From Balanoglossus misakiensis (lineage: Eukaryota; Animalia; Hemichordata), in the NCBI GenBank assembly GCA_040954595.2, contig CM082581.2, forward strand, positions 9,093,878 through 9,157,877: a DNA stretch of 64,000 nucleotides, in the 5' to 3' direction. Of this stretch, positions 1-14,900 are shown piece by piece (the stretch's first letter is position 1; the number at the start of each line of letters is the position of its first letter). A model generated the notes under the pieces. The model did not search any database. It saw only the letters and a list, made by a program, of their open reading frames with translations, and was not told the origin of the DNA. Position numbers and translations under genes: made by a program.

Positions 1-3000
1 TCGGCTTTCTTCACCATTTTGTACAGTATGCAATGGGGGCATGAGAAGTCGGTTGCTTTCTTGAAGTCGGTGACAGTGTCTTTTCTGGAGAATGTGTTTG
101 TCTTTCAACCGCTGAAGGTAAGAAGGCATTTTATCCATTTTTTATATTAAGGGTCAACAGTGCTGAATTAAAAGATTGAAATTAACTATGCGAAATCCGT
201 CAAATAGACAGAATTGAAGGTTCTCATTTCCCCCACTGCCATGCGCAAATCTCGCGACTGATGCCACTTTTCGTCTTTCCTTCTTACAAGGTCATCGTCC
301 TGGCGATATTGCTCTCGCTTGCCGCTCTTACAAAAGAGCAGAATTCCACCGAAAACAGAGACACCGACGACGTAAAAGCTCTCCCCGCGACGGGACCACC
401 GCTGGAAATAAACGACGAAACGTGGAGCAACCAACGGGAACAGCACAACAAGAAGAAAATCCTGGGTGGCATCGTGAAAGAAATACTTCTGTATTTTGTG
501 TTCATGGCATGCCTGCTTATCATTGCTTACAACGACAGGGATATCAACGCCTACAACATGAGGACCTCACTGCACAACCTATATTTTAACAATGCCCATT
601 TCCAAACGGTGAGTGTTGATCAGTTCTGAATACATGTACTCTGTAGAATTCTTTTCCAGGAAAGGGTCCATATTCTCTATCAAAGCCCAATACAGTGACA
701 TACGTGTCTATAACTGTGGCACACAATAACACATTCGGAAACCTTTTGTTTGAAACAGATTACCTCAGGAAGCGCAGCATTGTGGGAGTGGATTTTTGGT
801 ATAATGCTACCGTCTTTGTATCCGACACATTTGTACAATGGACAACCGATACCGAGCGAGCTGTCGACCATCACAGCTGATTGGACATCGTACAGGGTAT
901 CATCCCCACGACTACTACAGTACAGAGTGCGACCGGGTAAGTCCTGTAGGTTGAGTTCACCAGCGAGACAGAGAGAGAGAGAGACCAGCAGACAGACAAA
1001 CAAACATACAGACACATAGACAGACAGAGACCGAGGGAAGAGCGACAGGCATGTCCGAACTCCAATTGTCGGGCAAAAATTGCGTACGTTGTCAAGTGTA
1101 CAATGTCTTTCCTCCCACAGGTCTTTGCACACCACCGCCTGCTTTCAGCGCTATCCTGGACCAGTGTAATGTTGAATACTCGCCAAGCTCTGCTGACCGG
1201 GCCGATTATGACGTTGGATGGTCGGAGTTGGTTCTAGCTAATACAACTGGTCACGAGACTCCGCCATCACCATGGATACTATCAAGCGATATCCCAGCTA
1301 TAGGATACAGAACGTCGTTTTCAAGTTATCGCGATGGTTCCTATGCCGTGCATCTGGGTCAGTGTCAAGTTCACCCTCGTTCAAAAGCATGTACATTCAC
1401 ATACCTCAATATTTCAACGATAGATAGATGGATATTTGCTAGGTTGCTTAGTTTGACACCAATGTTCCCACAACTCCAACAGGTGAAAATTATGGGATAG
1501 CTGAGAACACCACGAGATCTCTATGGCAACACCTATGGCTTGATCGACTCTCCAGAGCGGTTATCATCGATTGGCTCGTATATAGTGCAAATCTCAATCT
1601 ATTCGGGTAGGTACACGTGCTTTTGGTTTGTACTGTTACAGTAGTATGTGTAATTTTTACATACATCATTCAGCATTTTGCCTGAACATTCACGCATTAC
1701 ATGCAAAGAGTTCACTTCAGTACTTTTCCCCCAGGCTTATCATTCTACCCGTGGAGTTACCGACATCGGGCGGAGTGTGGGTTCATCCAAGGATCGAAAT
1801 ATTCCGCCTTGACGATTACATAGGAAGCTACTGGATATTCCTGGCGACAGTGCAACTTGTGTTCGTCTGTTTCCTGGTTTATTACATTATTGTAGAGGGG
1901 AGAAAGATATACCGCGAACGACGGGAACATTTCAGTTCATTTTGGAATTGGCTGGAGGCAAGTAATTATGGTTCTACATGTCATGTCAACATTGTATGTT
2001 GATTAAAATGCGTATGTGTTTTGTTATCTGATGCTTGAGATAAACAAATTGCTTTGCAAGTGTGAAGCTAAATGTATGTTTACATTCTATTTCTTAAATA
2101 ACACATTTCTTTCAACAGATTATTAAACTTTCGCTGTGTGTCAGTGGTACCGCGATTTACGTATACCGACAATACAAAATGAAGAGTGCCGGTCACCAGA
2201 TGGGCAACCTGGGTATGTATTCATCTTACCAGTAATCGCTATCATGAACGCGATGGTTTATCTATGAAATGACTTTGTTAGTCGGACACCAGGCCCAATA
2301 TTGTTTCTCTTTGGTTACAGGTGCTGTCAATATGGCTCATTTCGCTCATCTTGTATCTCTCAACCAGTATTATAGCTTCATTGTTGGTCTTGCCGTGTTT
2401 GTGGCATGTATTAAAATCCTTCACTTGTATCGCTTGGACCGTCGCGTGTCCATGCTCTCCGCCACCATCCTGCAGAGTTCGGCCAACCTGCTCGACTTCT
2501 CCTTCTTCTTCTGTGTCGTCCTCTTTGCGCATGCCCACCTGATCTACATCAGCTTCGGCCAGGCGTCCTTGCTCTGTTCCGATTTTCTCAGCGCCGTCTC
2601 GAGGCTGTTCAACCTGATGTTGGAAAACAAAGAGTACCCGGCCTTCGTGCTGTCCGGCAATCCGGTGCTGGGGGCGCTGTTCTTCGTCTCTTTCATCGGC
2701 AGCATGTATTTTCTGGCCATCAATGTGTTCGTGTCTGTCATCGTCACTACATTCGCTGCGGTCAAAGAACATGTGTCGGAGGACCCGGATGACTTTGACA
2801 TTATGGCGGTCATGTGGAATAACATTAAGGAAATGTTCAGTTTTGACTCAGGTAGGTCGGCGGATTTACTCACTGTTACGTGTGTCATGGCCAATATGTC
2901 TAAAAGTGTTGCTATAATAAATAGTGCATTATTGTGTGTATTTTATGTTAAATAATTCAAGTTGACAGCAAAAGTACCGAAACCAGATCACAAATTAACC

Positions 3001-3198
3001 CAGTTTCTACTTTCTTCATTTTTCTGTCGTCTAGGATCTAAGAAAGACGTCCCCGGCAAAGAGACCGGTCAGTGTCGATACGAAGACGACTACACATGCG
3101 CTGAACACTTGGACCACATTGACATCAAGTTGGACCGCATCAAAGAACTGGTGAAAAGTTTGTCGGTTCCCGAAGCCGACGTGAAAATCCTGCGTTAA
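1..3198 (+). CDS. 3' part of a polycystin-1-like gene (PKD1L2/PKD1L3/PKDREJ type); 5' end lies outside the window
   Basis: Nine exons join in frame: 1-117, 291-608, 759-936, 1121-1357, 1483-1606, 1735-1957, 2119-2212, 2321-2851, 3035-3198 (TAA). Motifs: SAFFTILYSMQWGHEKS...SFLENVFVFQPLK (PKD1-type TM segment), PRLLQYRVRPG, WLDRLSRAVIIDWLVYSANLNLF (TOP/polycystin domain), FWNWLE, LAINVFVSVIVTTFAAVK (last TM) and a C-terminal heptad LDHIDIKLDRIKELVKSL. AATAAA at 3391. Confidence 0.9.
965..1030. repeat. Degenerate (GA)n/(GACA)n microsatellite in a polycystin intron
   Basis: gagacagagagagagagagaccagcagacagacaaacaaacatacagacacatagacagacagaga. Confidence 0.75.
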
Positions 3199-6100
3199 CA
3201 GCTGCATACACTGTACATGTATGTGCTTTGTTAAACGTGGCCAAACATCGTATACATCTGTGCCCGAAGCTTTATGTATAAAAGCAATATGCCAGTAGTG
3301 GTTATGACGATACAATAGAAATGTGCATATAAATTATTTTAAATTGTATCCGACTTGTGTTATGTACATGTATATACAACATTTTAATGAAATAAAATGC
3401 AAAATCAATGCAAGAAAAGTGACAGAGTGTAATGATTCTTAACATCATCAAAACTCCAGAGAAAATTTATAAATTTGGTACTCTCCCTCCATATATGCTA
3501 TGGGTAAAAACACTGAATTCGCACCCATGATATAATATTACCCGCCTTCCAGAGAGACTGTTTCGCTTGTTCAGGCCACGGTGGCCGTGTTTTGGGCAAA
3601 GGACAAGACGAACTGTCGACAGTCTGCAGTGGCGAGCTCGATAAGACTTACACCACGCCCTCACACAAAGTATGTCAGCTGCCAACGACCTTTCGTTTGT
3701 GATCAATGACATTTCCCGTCTTATCATGTGAAAAAAACATACCATGGAAATCTAGAAAAGTCCTCAATGACTCTGTTGGTACTTTCTAGAATAAGCCATT
3801 TCCCCAACTGACACCTCACCTTCAAACTTAACATTTCAAAAATCGTTCAAAGCGGATATCCGTCTGTTGAACTACACCGGCCGGATAACCCTATCGTTCA
3901 GCGAGATCACGTGTAGTTTGATCCCACAGCTGTCGAGATTTGCTGTACACTGCCGCTGTGTCCCAGTCTATCTCATCAAGGTGATTTATTTCATTCGGGT
4001 CGGGTTTTGAACTCGTTGGCAGGAAATAAAACTAAGGTAAAAGTTTATCTGTGAGAGATTAGGCAACGTTTGACATTTCATTCTTTTCTTAGCTCTCAGA
4101 TGCTCAGCAGTGTCATCGTCCCACCTGCTTCAGGGTGCCATGTTCGACTTAGTATTGTATACACGGCTAGTAAGAAGAGTATGTATAACTACCATGTTCC
4201 ATGAAGAAATTGCGCGATCAAGAGATCCAAACGCAATTTGAAATTTTCGATATGAAAAAGTAAACATGATTAACGCGGCCGAAAGTCAGAAATACAACCA
4301 TCTTCACTTAACTGTCCGTCGATTATTAATATGTTATTCTTTTGTCATTTCATGTTAACGTAAATTTAATACCAAGGGGTACGTTGCCCAATTCTATAAT
4401 CGACGATTCGCACATGTCTGTCCAAACCTCCGTATTTCTATTCGCGTTTTTGCATCGTGTGCTCGGTTAACCTATAAACGACAGAGAAATGCCGTAACCA
4501 AATAATCGCACGTTCTTCACAAACTGGAATAAAATTATTGCGTTGACTCGGCGACATTCGCCCAGCCTCACATATATATTTTTACCGGCGCTACTTTTGG
4601 TTTAGATACATTTGTAATAAGATTCCGCATCCAAGACTTTTAATATCTGCGTATAAAAATTAATTACAGTTACAGTGACAAGAGCGGTTTAGCCAACGGG
4701 TATCTGTTTCAATTGAAAAGCACTGCAGTTAATGGTTGTCATTCGAACACACATCGGGACGGCGAGTCGGTCGACATATTTGGCATTTAATGTCCACGGG
4801 AGAAGATATTTTAATTGGTTTCTCGAGCCCAGACTGTGGCAATCACTCGTCCGTGCGCGGGGTCCAAAAAAAAAACGGAGTTGCTCGGTGAAAAATTGCA
4901 CTATTGTAGGAATGCGCGGCGTCCGCGGTGTTTCGGGATGCGAAGCATGGCTGGATCTAATCGGGCGTTAATAGGTGATGTCAGAACGAGGCCGCGCTAA
5001 TTGCTGTGCAGGGGATGGGAGAGAGCGGAGGGGATCGAGACACTGCTGACGTAGGCAATCGAACAGCGGGTAACATTTGTTAAACTGTGTCAAGGGATAC
5101 CCATGAAAACACTCCATCACTCCCAGGGCAAGTTATTCGGACCCCAGACAGCTCAGTCAATATAAAAGCTTGCCCCTCACCGAAAGAGACATTAATAAAA
5201 TTCACTAAAAGCAGAACGCAGACTGTTTTCTGTCTGTAAACACTCTCGCGTTTACACATAGAATTTGAAGAAATCCATAAAACGTGGGCGAGTTTATTGT
5301 AAATCATCGATCAAAAAAAGAAACATTATTGCATCACTTGCGCATTTCATATTCGTACACAAGTGCCTGCTTCAAATCGAATAAAGACGTACTGATTTTC
5401 GTTCAAGTGGTTTTATTACACACGATTCGGAAAGTTGTAATGTTCCCCTAGCTAATAGAAATAGATGGCTATACCTAACCTGAGACTTGGCAGAAGAAAT
5501 AGTCGCAGCGGTTTCGACGTCTGACTTATTTTATGGCCTTTGCGTGGATCGGACATAAGTCTAAATTTAATAGACCCGTATAAAATATTGTGAGATTTAA
5601 AATACTTCGAGACATGCTCACACAGTTGTCAGTGGAAATATTCTCAGAGCACCAGCTCGGTGATCGCCTTTAAATTATGAGAAAGTGGTTGGTATATCTA
5701 GTGAATTCGAAAATAGGTATCTTCTGAAACAACGAGAGCAATCCTCGCGGATTTAATTCCCCCTTTTTATATCACGGCGTCTACTAATCCTTGCCCAGCG
5801 CTTCGTGCATTCTTTCGTTTTTATCGTCTCGTAAAATACCGTATAAAAGCGAGTCTGAGTAGCCATCTTTCGGCGAATGGAGGCTACAAAGTGGTGATGC
5901 TTAAATCAATAAACTGGAGAAATTGGAAACCAAAGCCGAGATAAAATACTTGGGGAAAACATTGCCGAGGAGGCGCACTGAAGCAGATTATCCACATAAA
6001 CAAGGAAGAAGTCATCATCTCGCAGTTGTGACTAGACACTATCAGGCCAGCTCTGGAATTACAGTCGGCATTTTGACATACAAATCAATCAAGGTCTCCT

Positions 6101-8931
6101 CTTGAAAGGCTTCAAACCCGTCGGATTACTTTCGGTCAAGGGGTCCGTTTCTTTCCCGGTGAATTCGACGGTGAATCTGGCAGCGGACTGAAGGGAACGG
6201 GTCAGGGATAATAAACATTATGAGGTTACGTTTGAAATTACCGTGCGGTTGACACGGCAAATAAAGACTCATTAGTGCCATTGTCTACCACTATTTAATT
6301 TGTGCTCATTACATTGCAGGGGTTGGTCTGGGCACGCGGTCGGGAATTACGGAGCACAGAATTGTACGTGCTTGCGTTAACTGCCGTGGTGTTCACTGCA
6401 TGCATAAAAGACTAGGCGATTAACGAGAATCAAACGTTAAAACTAGATATTTCATATGAAAATCGGTCCTTCTGGTTGCTACGGTCACTTCGTCTCTCTA
6501 ACGATGTCTTCATCTGCCCTTTTAAGCCTTGATTGCGACTCTCATCACTCTCTCGTTTGATACGCTTCAAAAGTTTATTAAACGAAAACAATAATTATTG
6601 CGTTGATCTCTCATCTGATTGAGAGAACCTCTAGGAGGAATTATCGCGACTTCTAACGTTTATCAAAACAAGTCCGGTTCATTGAGCTCGAATTGAGCTA
6701 AAACCGGATCCGTGTAGCCCGGGGAATGGTTAAATTGGCACGGCCTTTAAGGTCTCCGATCTTTAGAAGGGAAAATAAACGCTTTTAATCAGTGTCCGCT
6801 GGTATTGACGTCGGGGCCTGAAAACCAATACCGCGCCTGAGAACGCCAGGCCAATTTATTTAAACTATTCCCTTTTTTCTCTCCGCGATACTTCATAATT
6901 GTATCTAAGTTTCTCACGCCATCTCACTGTGTCCGGTGCCTTCATGAGACCATGTTTTTCGAGAATCGCAAGGACGGGCGGTAGAGGGACGTTGGTTGTC
7001 ATTGGCGTCAAACTATTCTACAGTCGTGTATACCTCTCTTAAGTCTCGCTAAGCGATACGTGAGATTGTAAAAGAAACTTGCGAGATGTACTTAAAATCT
7101 ATTCTGGATGTTTTTTTTCCTTCTGAAAATGCCAATGTAATTATGGCAGTTTGGTTTTTATTTAACGAAACCAACTCTTCTCATTCGGAGACGATTAAAT
7201 CACCATGAGCCGGAAGTCAACAGTAAGTTGCAATATAAGTAATGAAACAGATACTAAAATCACAGAAGCAAACGTGACTTCATTCAGTTTTGGGAAACGT
7301 TCAGTATTGCTCTCTCTCTGTCCTGAACGATCGTCTTCCGACAATTAAAAAAAGGGCAAAAAGGGCTATTTGTGGACGTTTCTTTTTTCCAGATGATGGA
7401 AAACGCCACTATCGCATGACGGATGGCGACGGCCAATATTTGAACTATTACGAAACTCCATATCAAAACACTCACTCGGAAAAAAAGGGGGGGGGGAATG
7501 ATTTACTCTCGCGCGGGAGAAGTGAAAGTCACTCAAGTTTTTTTTTCTGCTGCGGAATCACTCCGGGGTCCGGGAAGGGCATTAACGTCTCAATTAATGA
7601 CTCTGGGAAACAGGAGTCGGCGTGTACTCAGCTCTTTCCTGTCTTTCGCCGGGATCTGGGTATTGTACACCGCTGTTAATGGAAATGTGGTGTTCAACAC
7701 GCACGTCAGTTGACGTGTAAATAGTTATCATGTGGCGAGACTTAGCGAATGAGGATTACAGCGATGGAAAGACAAACCCACCATCTTCATTTTTCCATTC
7801 CAGTCGCGGCTACACAAACGAGGCCTTACACATCAATCAATCAACCCAGCCAAAAAAAATTCACACCAAATCTACAACTTATCTACTCTCTTTTTATCTG
7901 CAAAGCGGAGCGTTATAGAAGCGGATATGCTAGAGATTTTTGTTATCCCACCACCATTTCAACATTCATCACCCATATATAATTGATAAAAAGAAACATC
8001 TTAAAGAACTTGATCGGGGGAATGACTGCGTAGATTCTAATTATGGTCCCAGACTTGATTCCACAGTTATCTCGGGTTTCTAAATGTCAGCTGTACACAA
8101 AAGAACTTTCCAGTTGCCTCGGTTTGATTGGCATGGTATCGTATTAATTTTGCAAGATTGTATAGCTCCAGCGTTGGTCTGGTGTATTTTATTAAACGCC
8201 GGCGCGCGCCAGGGAGATACGCGTTAGGAAGAGAGAAGAGGGCTAATCAGGAACAGAGCCCTATCCCTTCTCCGATAACTGATTTCTTTATTGTGCCACT
8301 TTTTTTACTCGGATCTGTGTTCTCTTTTAAAATAAACGATAATTCAGGGCCTCAATGAGGACCGTTAGCCCAAGGATATCTTGTCAAAAATTCCACTTTG
8401 AAAGTGTAGAAATTGCCTTTCAAGTACACGCTAATCCTGTTCGTTAGTTTCGCCAACACAATCGTGTATAGTACTCATGCTGCTCGTTATTTTGTCTTCC
8501 GCTCCAGTCGTTCTATCGTTTCTCCGCCAGTAGCCCCGTACTCTGTTTCTTCTCACTCGTCCCCCTAACCACGGAGTCCACGCTGCTTCTGTGTTTTCTC
8601 AGTGTCTTTCATTACTCCGTCATATTGGAAAGAACTCGGCGGTCATGAACCACTGTCAAAACTACACCCTGACTACTCCAGCTTTTGACGCGACGACGCA
8701 TCGCAATGGCGATTGGAATGGGCAGCTCAGTTGACCCGAGATCAATTGATTGCCTGTACAAGTCAGGCATTTAAAAAAACCTTCAAACTTACTATACGAG
8801 TTTGACAAGTTTCACACAACGCCCCCGTGTCAGTAAAATGACGTGATAGTTTTTTTGTTTAAATTTTAAATTTTAATTGGAGGTTGTGATGACAATTTAT
8901 AATTTCTCTGTGGTCATCAGATATTCCTCTT

Positions 8932-8996
8932 TGACAACAACAGCAACAACAACATCAATAACAACGACAACGACGACGACAAAGTAGCAGCAACAA
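8932..8996. repeat. Degenerate (AAC)n/(GAC)n trinucleotide repeat
   Basis: acaacaacagcaacaacaacatcaataacaacgacaacgacgacgac. Confidence 0.7.
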
Positions 8997-11900
8997 TCTC
9001 AAGCCAGACTGCCAAATTTCTGATCTGTGTCCGATCTGATTTAATTTGATTTGGACCGGAACTATCGCGTTTCACGAGGCTACAAATGTTTCTTAAATTT
9101 GCTGCTACTCCTCTCTATCTACCGACCGATAAAATTCACATGCACCGAAGCGACACTTTAATCTATTTACCAAACGTCTCCTGCAGTAACGCCGTCCAAA
9201 CCTTTTAAGGTCAGCGATTTTAGAAATTCTCACCTTGAATGTGTAAAGGTTTAATGAATGTTTCAATTTCCCGTGGCCTCGTAATGGCTGTTCAGTGTAA
9301 ACGACTGCCACGAAAAGATATTAAAATCTTTCACTTCGGGCATAACATATTCAAGGTAAAGCAAATCCGTCAGCTTCTAAGTTAAAAAGAAAAATCATTA
9401 AATAATAACATATATTTTGTTATTTTTGTTTCACTGTGTTGTGTTTACCGAAATGGGAATTATTTTATGGCTCGCAGAATGCGTATGTGCGCAGAATATG
9501 AATTGAGATTTCACGACACTATCTCTGACAAAGCAAAAAAATGACGCCATACAAATAATTACATATCTTGTCCAGCAAAAGCGTGAAAAACACCCCGAAG
9601 CCTACTATTATAATCTATAGCAGCATGCCGTGAAACACACCTTCTAAGGCAAAAATGAACGATTTTGCCGACGTTGTTACCCTGGCCTGGTTGCCGCGCG
9701 TGTATATGCTTTTCCCGTACATCTTATAATCGCACAATAGTTCCACTTGTGTTAATCATAAAATACACATGAAATACTTTCATTACATAAAATATCATGA
9801 TGTCCAGAAATTACTTATCGCTGCGAGGCGTTTAAATTGCGTTTAACATGCAAGGTTTTTTTTTTCTGGTTTGAACTGGCGCCTTTGTCTGTTGGCAGCC
9901 GCATCCAGCTTCATGGTATCGCGAAACCCGTGGTAAACCCCGGGCCGAACCACGCTTGCGCCGAACATTTTCCCCGTTCCGTTGAAAAGCGCGGGAGGCA
10001 ACTTTTCACACGAAACTGCCGGATGAAAGATAACAAAAAGAAAGTCTGAAGTTTTGAATTTTCAAACGAATTATCAAATGATCATCGTTGACGAGGTACA
10101 GATTTTGAATTATTTCAATGCCGTCACTCTGACATTGTGATTTTTGAAATAACACAGACCATCTTTTTCGCAATATTCTAAAGGGATCTAGATCCACGTT
10201 AATTAAGCAGATCGTGTCCATACTTAATTTTCCAAGTGCGTATATGCCGGTGGTATTTCATAGAAGCGTTTCCAGTTGGCTTGTAACCACGTGACCAACG
10301 CGATCCAGCAAAAGAAATCACTTCGCCAGCGCATTAAGGGTGAAAAAAGGAGGGCTGGTACGTGTTTGATAGCCATCTGAGATCGTCTCTTTAGAACACT
10401 TAGGAAGTAGTCTTCCTGATGTCGAGCTGAAAAACGTGCCAGTGTGGTTTAAATTGAAGTCGGCATGAGATGCAATCGACGACGTTTTCCCATCTACAAT
10501 TGTGCACGTAAGGTGGCCGTGTGGTAGTCTGAAACGAGTGAAAATACCTGATAAAATACTTAGCTAGAGGTCGTCAACATTCAACCGGGCTTTAGTGGAG
10601 GTCGTTTAAAGGAAGTAACGAGTGTTCTGCATCTCTGTGAAACTATTGTGTGTGTTTTAAGGAGAATTGCTCAGAAGAGTGCGTTCGCAGCGCCTTCGTT
10701 GACACGTACAGACCGTTCGTTATTGAAACTCCCGACACTGTATGGCATTATTATTAAAGAGTGTATAGCTACTGTCGGACCGGACCCCCTAGTTACGTCA
10801 ACCGGCGTTATCTGTCGACATCCACAGAGATTTGGGGCGGAACTTATATATATCTTTTTTTTTCAATGTGACTTTTTGTTCATGATGCATTTTGGTGATA
10901 AATTCTGTTAAACTTTGTTTGGGTGTGTACCGATCTCGGGAGAGGGGGTTGTCTCGGGGGCAGTTTTAACGATGCACGGGTCTTTGCCATGGTAACGAGT
11001 GATACGCATCTGCAAACGGGGTCGTGCGTCGAACACGCCGATCAGACCCGGTGTGGATACGCTATGTTTACCTGTCCTGGAAACGGTGCGGGTTTTTTTA
11101 GGAAAGGTGTGGAATTAAAATATTCCCATGCGTCCCGTTTTGGCGAAATTTTGGAGTGTGGTTGATGAGGGGGGCTGGTTATCGGCCGTTGCCATCTACC
11201 CCCCTTAATCGATCAGTCAATAAAGTTAAATTGGACTTAGTAACGCCGTGAAACACTCCCGCTAAACACACAAATCGACCTCAAGTATTCTTTGATATGT
11301 TTTGCCCACCAGCAACGTGTTTATAATGATCTCTTTGTTAAATTTGCAACCTTGAAGGCAGACACGTCAAAATACTGAGCCGATGGATTTATAGGCGATA
11401 AATTATAGAGAACCGTGTTAATCACAGTATTAAGATAACGAGTTTGATTGACAGGCTGTTAGTTACTCTTGAAGAATGAATTGCTTGTCAGATGTCTTAT
11501 CTGTCGCTTCAACGTACTCCGCTGCTAGTACCAATGACAAATGATTATTATTAATATTTGACGGGTAACACTTTCTTGATGTGTTTGCTTCCCGCGGAGC
11601 CTCCTCGCCTCGCCTGGCAGGTGTCTTGTAAGTGTTTTATGGAAAAGGGGGGGGGGCTGCGAGGGCGATCTGAAACAAGGTATCATTGTCGCCAAAACCC
11701 ACATGGCCGACATGGCGTGATAAATCTTGATATAAAGGTGATCTCTGTCCCAACATTTTGGTCATGTGCGTATTATAGTTCAAGTATTCCAAATCGTAAT
11801 CATTACATTATGGTGACTTTTGACAAAGCCAAAATAAATCGACGCTATTAAGCACATTTACGGCCCGTTGCCATGGCAGACTCTAGGCAGCCAAAGCATT

Positions 11901-14900
11901 TCTTTTTAGCGTGGCGTACTTACGCATACCTTTTAAGTCATGTGATTTTTGATTTAAGCGCCTCCCACAGAAATACTTTATCGCCGGTGTGCTTAACGGA
12001 TACGGGGCGAAGCAAAACTTGATAAAAGAGTTTAGTACCCCGACTTCATGGGTTTTAGATCAGAGGCACACCTGGTCAATAAGAAATACAAATATCGCGC
12101 GGCGATACAGAAACATTGACGGTCTCCATACCTCCGATGAGGTTTAACGGCTACATATACATAAATGTACAGCGTTTCAACAACTTTCGTCGCCCGAAAG
12201 GTTGTTCGTCATCAATTCATGTCGCCTTTTGGAAGCGCCACTACCACCACCATGTTCAATTTACCCATTACAATACAGTTGCCGCCGTGCACGAATGACC
12301 AGGCCCCGTGTTTAAACATAATGGTCTCAAATGTCGGCCTGTCTCTTTGATTTTCTTAACCTTGAATGGCAATGACTATTGAACCCGTTTTAATGCCATG
12401 TATTTGAAGAATTAATAGAAATTACAGTTGCCGCGTTGTAAAAAGACTGCAGTGCAAATACATCACTGTCAAATCAGGGGAAAATCAATCAGACGTGTAC
12501 AAGTTTAATTGTTGACATTTTTTGCCGACGACGGAAGCGTTTGCAGCTACCAATTACTGCCGATAAAAATAATCGGCATGGGGATATTTGTGTTATTTAG
12601 ACCGTAATGCTTGTCGTGCCTGCATAACTGGACGTATACCCACCTAAGAATTTCCCTTCACTGCGCCTGCGCTGTTGTGGTACAATAATAGGCGGTCGGT
12701 TGGTTACATCTTTATATGCTGTTAGCTGCAAAATATACGAGGACAAGGTATATTTGATTTTCAGCAAATTTCCCCGTTACTCAGAAGGCTTCCAGCGGTA
12801 AATATGCACAGTCCATCAGCGTAATCTGTTGATAATGTCCGTATCTGTAGTCGCGTGATGAAGAAATTACACTCGGAGGCGGCTTTGTCCCTTTGCCGGT
12901 GATCTGCATAATACCGTTAAGGTTGCCCTCTCGTACTTCCCTCGACTTTCCACGGACCCTCTGTGTAAATTTTGAACTTCACCCAACTTCAGGTATCAGA
13001 AATTTGAGCCGATCAGCGGCTCATTTTTGGTTTAGTGGGGAGATATTGTCTAATCTGAGTGTTTTATTCGAGGAGAAAATTTTCGTCGAATACGCCAGGA
13101 ATATCAGTGTGGGAAATGGATGGGTAATATGGGGAGTCACAGGCACTAAACTTTGTTGATGTATTGAATATACTGGTCAATATTTTGCTTCCTTTTTTAA
13201 ACAAACATCGTGTGAATGATGTGGATAGCCTGCAATATTTGGTGAGCGGTCATCGGAACGGACTATAGAATAACATCGTTGCTATGTTAAGAAGTCATTC
13301 TGGGGGCAAACCTGACTCGGACCATCCAACTCGATTTGATCTCAGTGTAGGGTCGATGCTTGGACCGATGCGACATGTCTCGATGTCCCAGATGTATAGA
13401 TTTTTGCACAGGCGCGGAAAGTATTTCAAAAACCATTAATTGGAGTTATACTGCACGGTGATTTATAGATTTGACCGTCACGGAATTTGTGGTGTCGCAC
13501 AATCCAAGAGCATTTGGTGTCAGCCAGAAGACCTGACAACAACAGACTTTGGGCGCACAAGTCATTCGCTTCTCTCTTACCGGTCAAAAACCAGAGGGAA
13601 AACAAACCGCAAGGGTTTTAAGATCAAATTATTGACGGGTTACAATTGACATGCAGCCACAATTGGCGCTCGCCTTCTTAGCTTGTCTGCCTCGTGTGCC
13701 TGGCGTTATTTGACCAGTAGCACTGAGCAATGTGACATAGTCAAATATGCAAAACCTTCGTGGCGGGAACTTGGGGTTAGAAAGGCTGGCAATATACTGT
13801 GTTTGCGTGTAGGAATTGAAGGACAGAAACTAAGTCACTTTGGACAGTGGTCATAACAATCAGACACGTCGAGCCAGTTTGGACTGGTGATGCCTTTTTT
13901 GTTTACCCCAATGAAAAGGGCATGGTGCAGTATATTACACTGTGTGCCAAGTCAATGCTATAAGACGTGAAAGTTTTGCTGACTTAGAGGGTCTTGCGTA
14001 TCTATTTGCGATATCGCAGTGCACCTATTGAGGTTCTTTTCGACTAATAGTCGAACCACTCACAGTTTGATGGGTTTGCGTTTCACGCATTTGACAAGTC
14101 ATCGCATGACTAAACGGCCAGCGAGTGGGGCATGGACAGAAGACGTTTTCTTTACTGCCTTATTCATTTGTCAACTTATCCGGCAAAGGAGATTTCGCTC
14201 ATGAAACCCACAAAATTTCGCGCTCGCACCCGACAGCGCTGCAGGAGAACTTTAATCAGCTACGCTCGCTAAAACTCATCTTTGAACTCGATGATAGGCG
14301 GTAATAAATTTTCTAATTCCACGAGCACTTACTCCCCTGTTTCGTATGCGTAAATAATTTCGACTCGGGCCATTTCTATCAACGCGTTCATGCACAGTGT
14401 ATGGTGCCCTAACAATTCGGGTCTCTCAGAACGTGCTTTTTGAAAGGGTGCATTTCAGAAGAGTTTCGAGCGTTTTTGGTGTAATAATGGCGATTTTGTC
14501 TGATTTTACATGCCAATTCCCCGTGGGAGTCAATTCAACATTACCACTCCTTACACTCATTTGCTTATTCGAGTTTGCAAGAAAAAAAATTACTGCATTT
14601 CGGTTATTATCGAATCATGCATGATCAAACCTCAATCGTTTGTATCAGTCGGCAGTTGTCGTCTGCCTGTATTTGGCGCCCATTCCATTCAACCCTGCAG
14701 CTACTGAAGCTATTTTATCTCGTTTCGGGATAATAAAGATGTATTTTGGTGTAAAGTACGTGATTTTGCAATTACTCCTGAATTTATTCGAACACCGGTG
14801 ACATTTGTCCGTTTAAGCAGTAATTTCGAAATTCAACGGGGACTGACAATCGTGCTCTAGGAAGGTAGGGCGGCACGTTTGGCGGGCGAACTCAAATCAT

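Noticed and set aside
1-3198. Possible PKD2/PKD2L orthology, which would echo vertebrate PKD2-family linkage to NK-cluster chromosomes
   Set aside because: The SAFFTILYS...QPLK transmembrane segment upstream of the channel domain marks a PKD1-like protein, not a PKD2/TRPP channel.
3867-3925. Hairpin with an 11-bp terminal stem (TTGAACTACAC...GTGTAGTTTGA)
   Set aside because: The interior pairs poorly and does not match any conserved miRNA I recognise.
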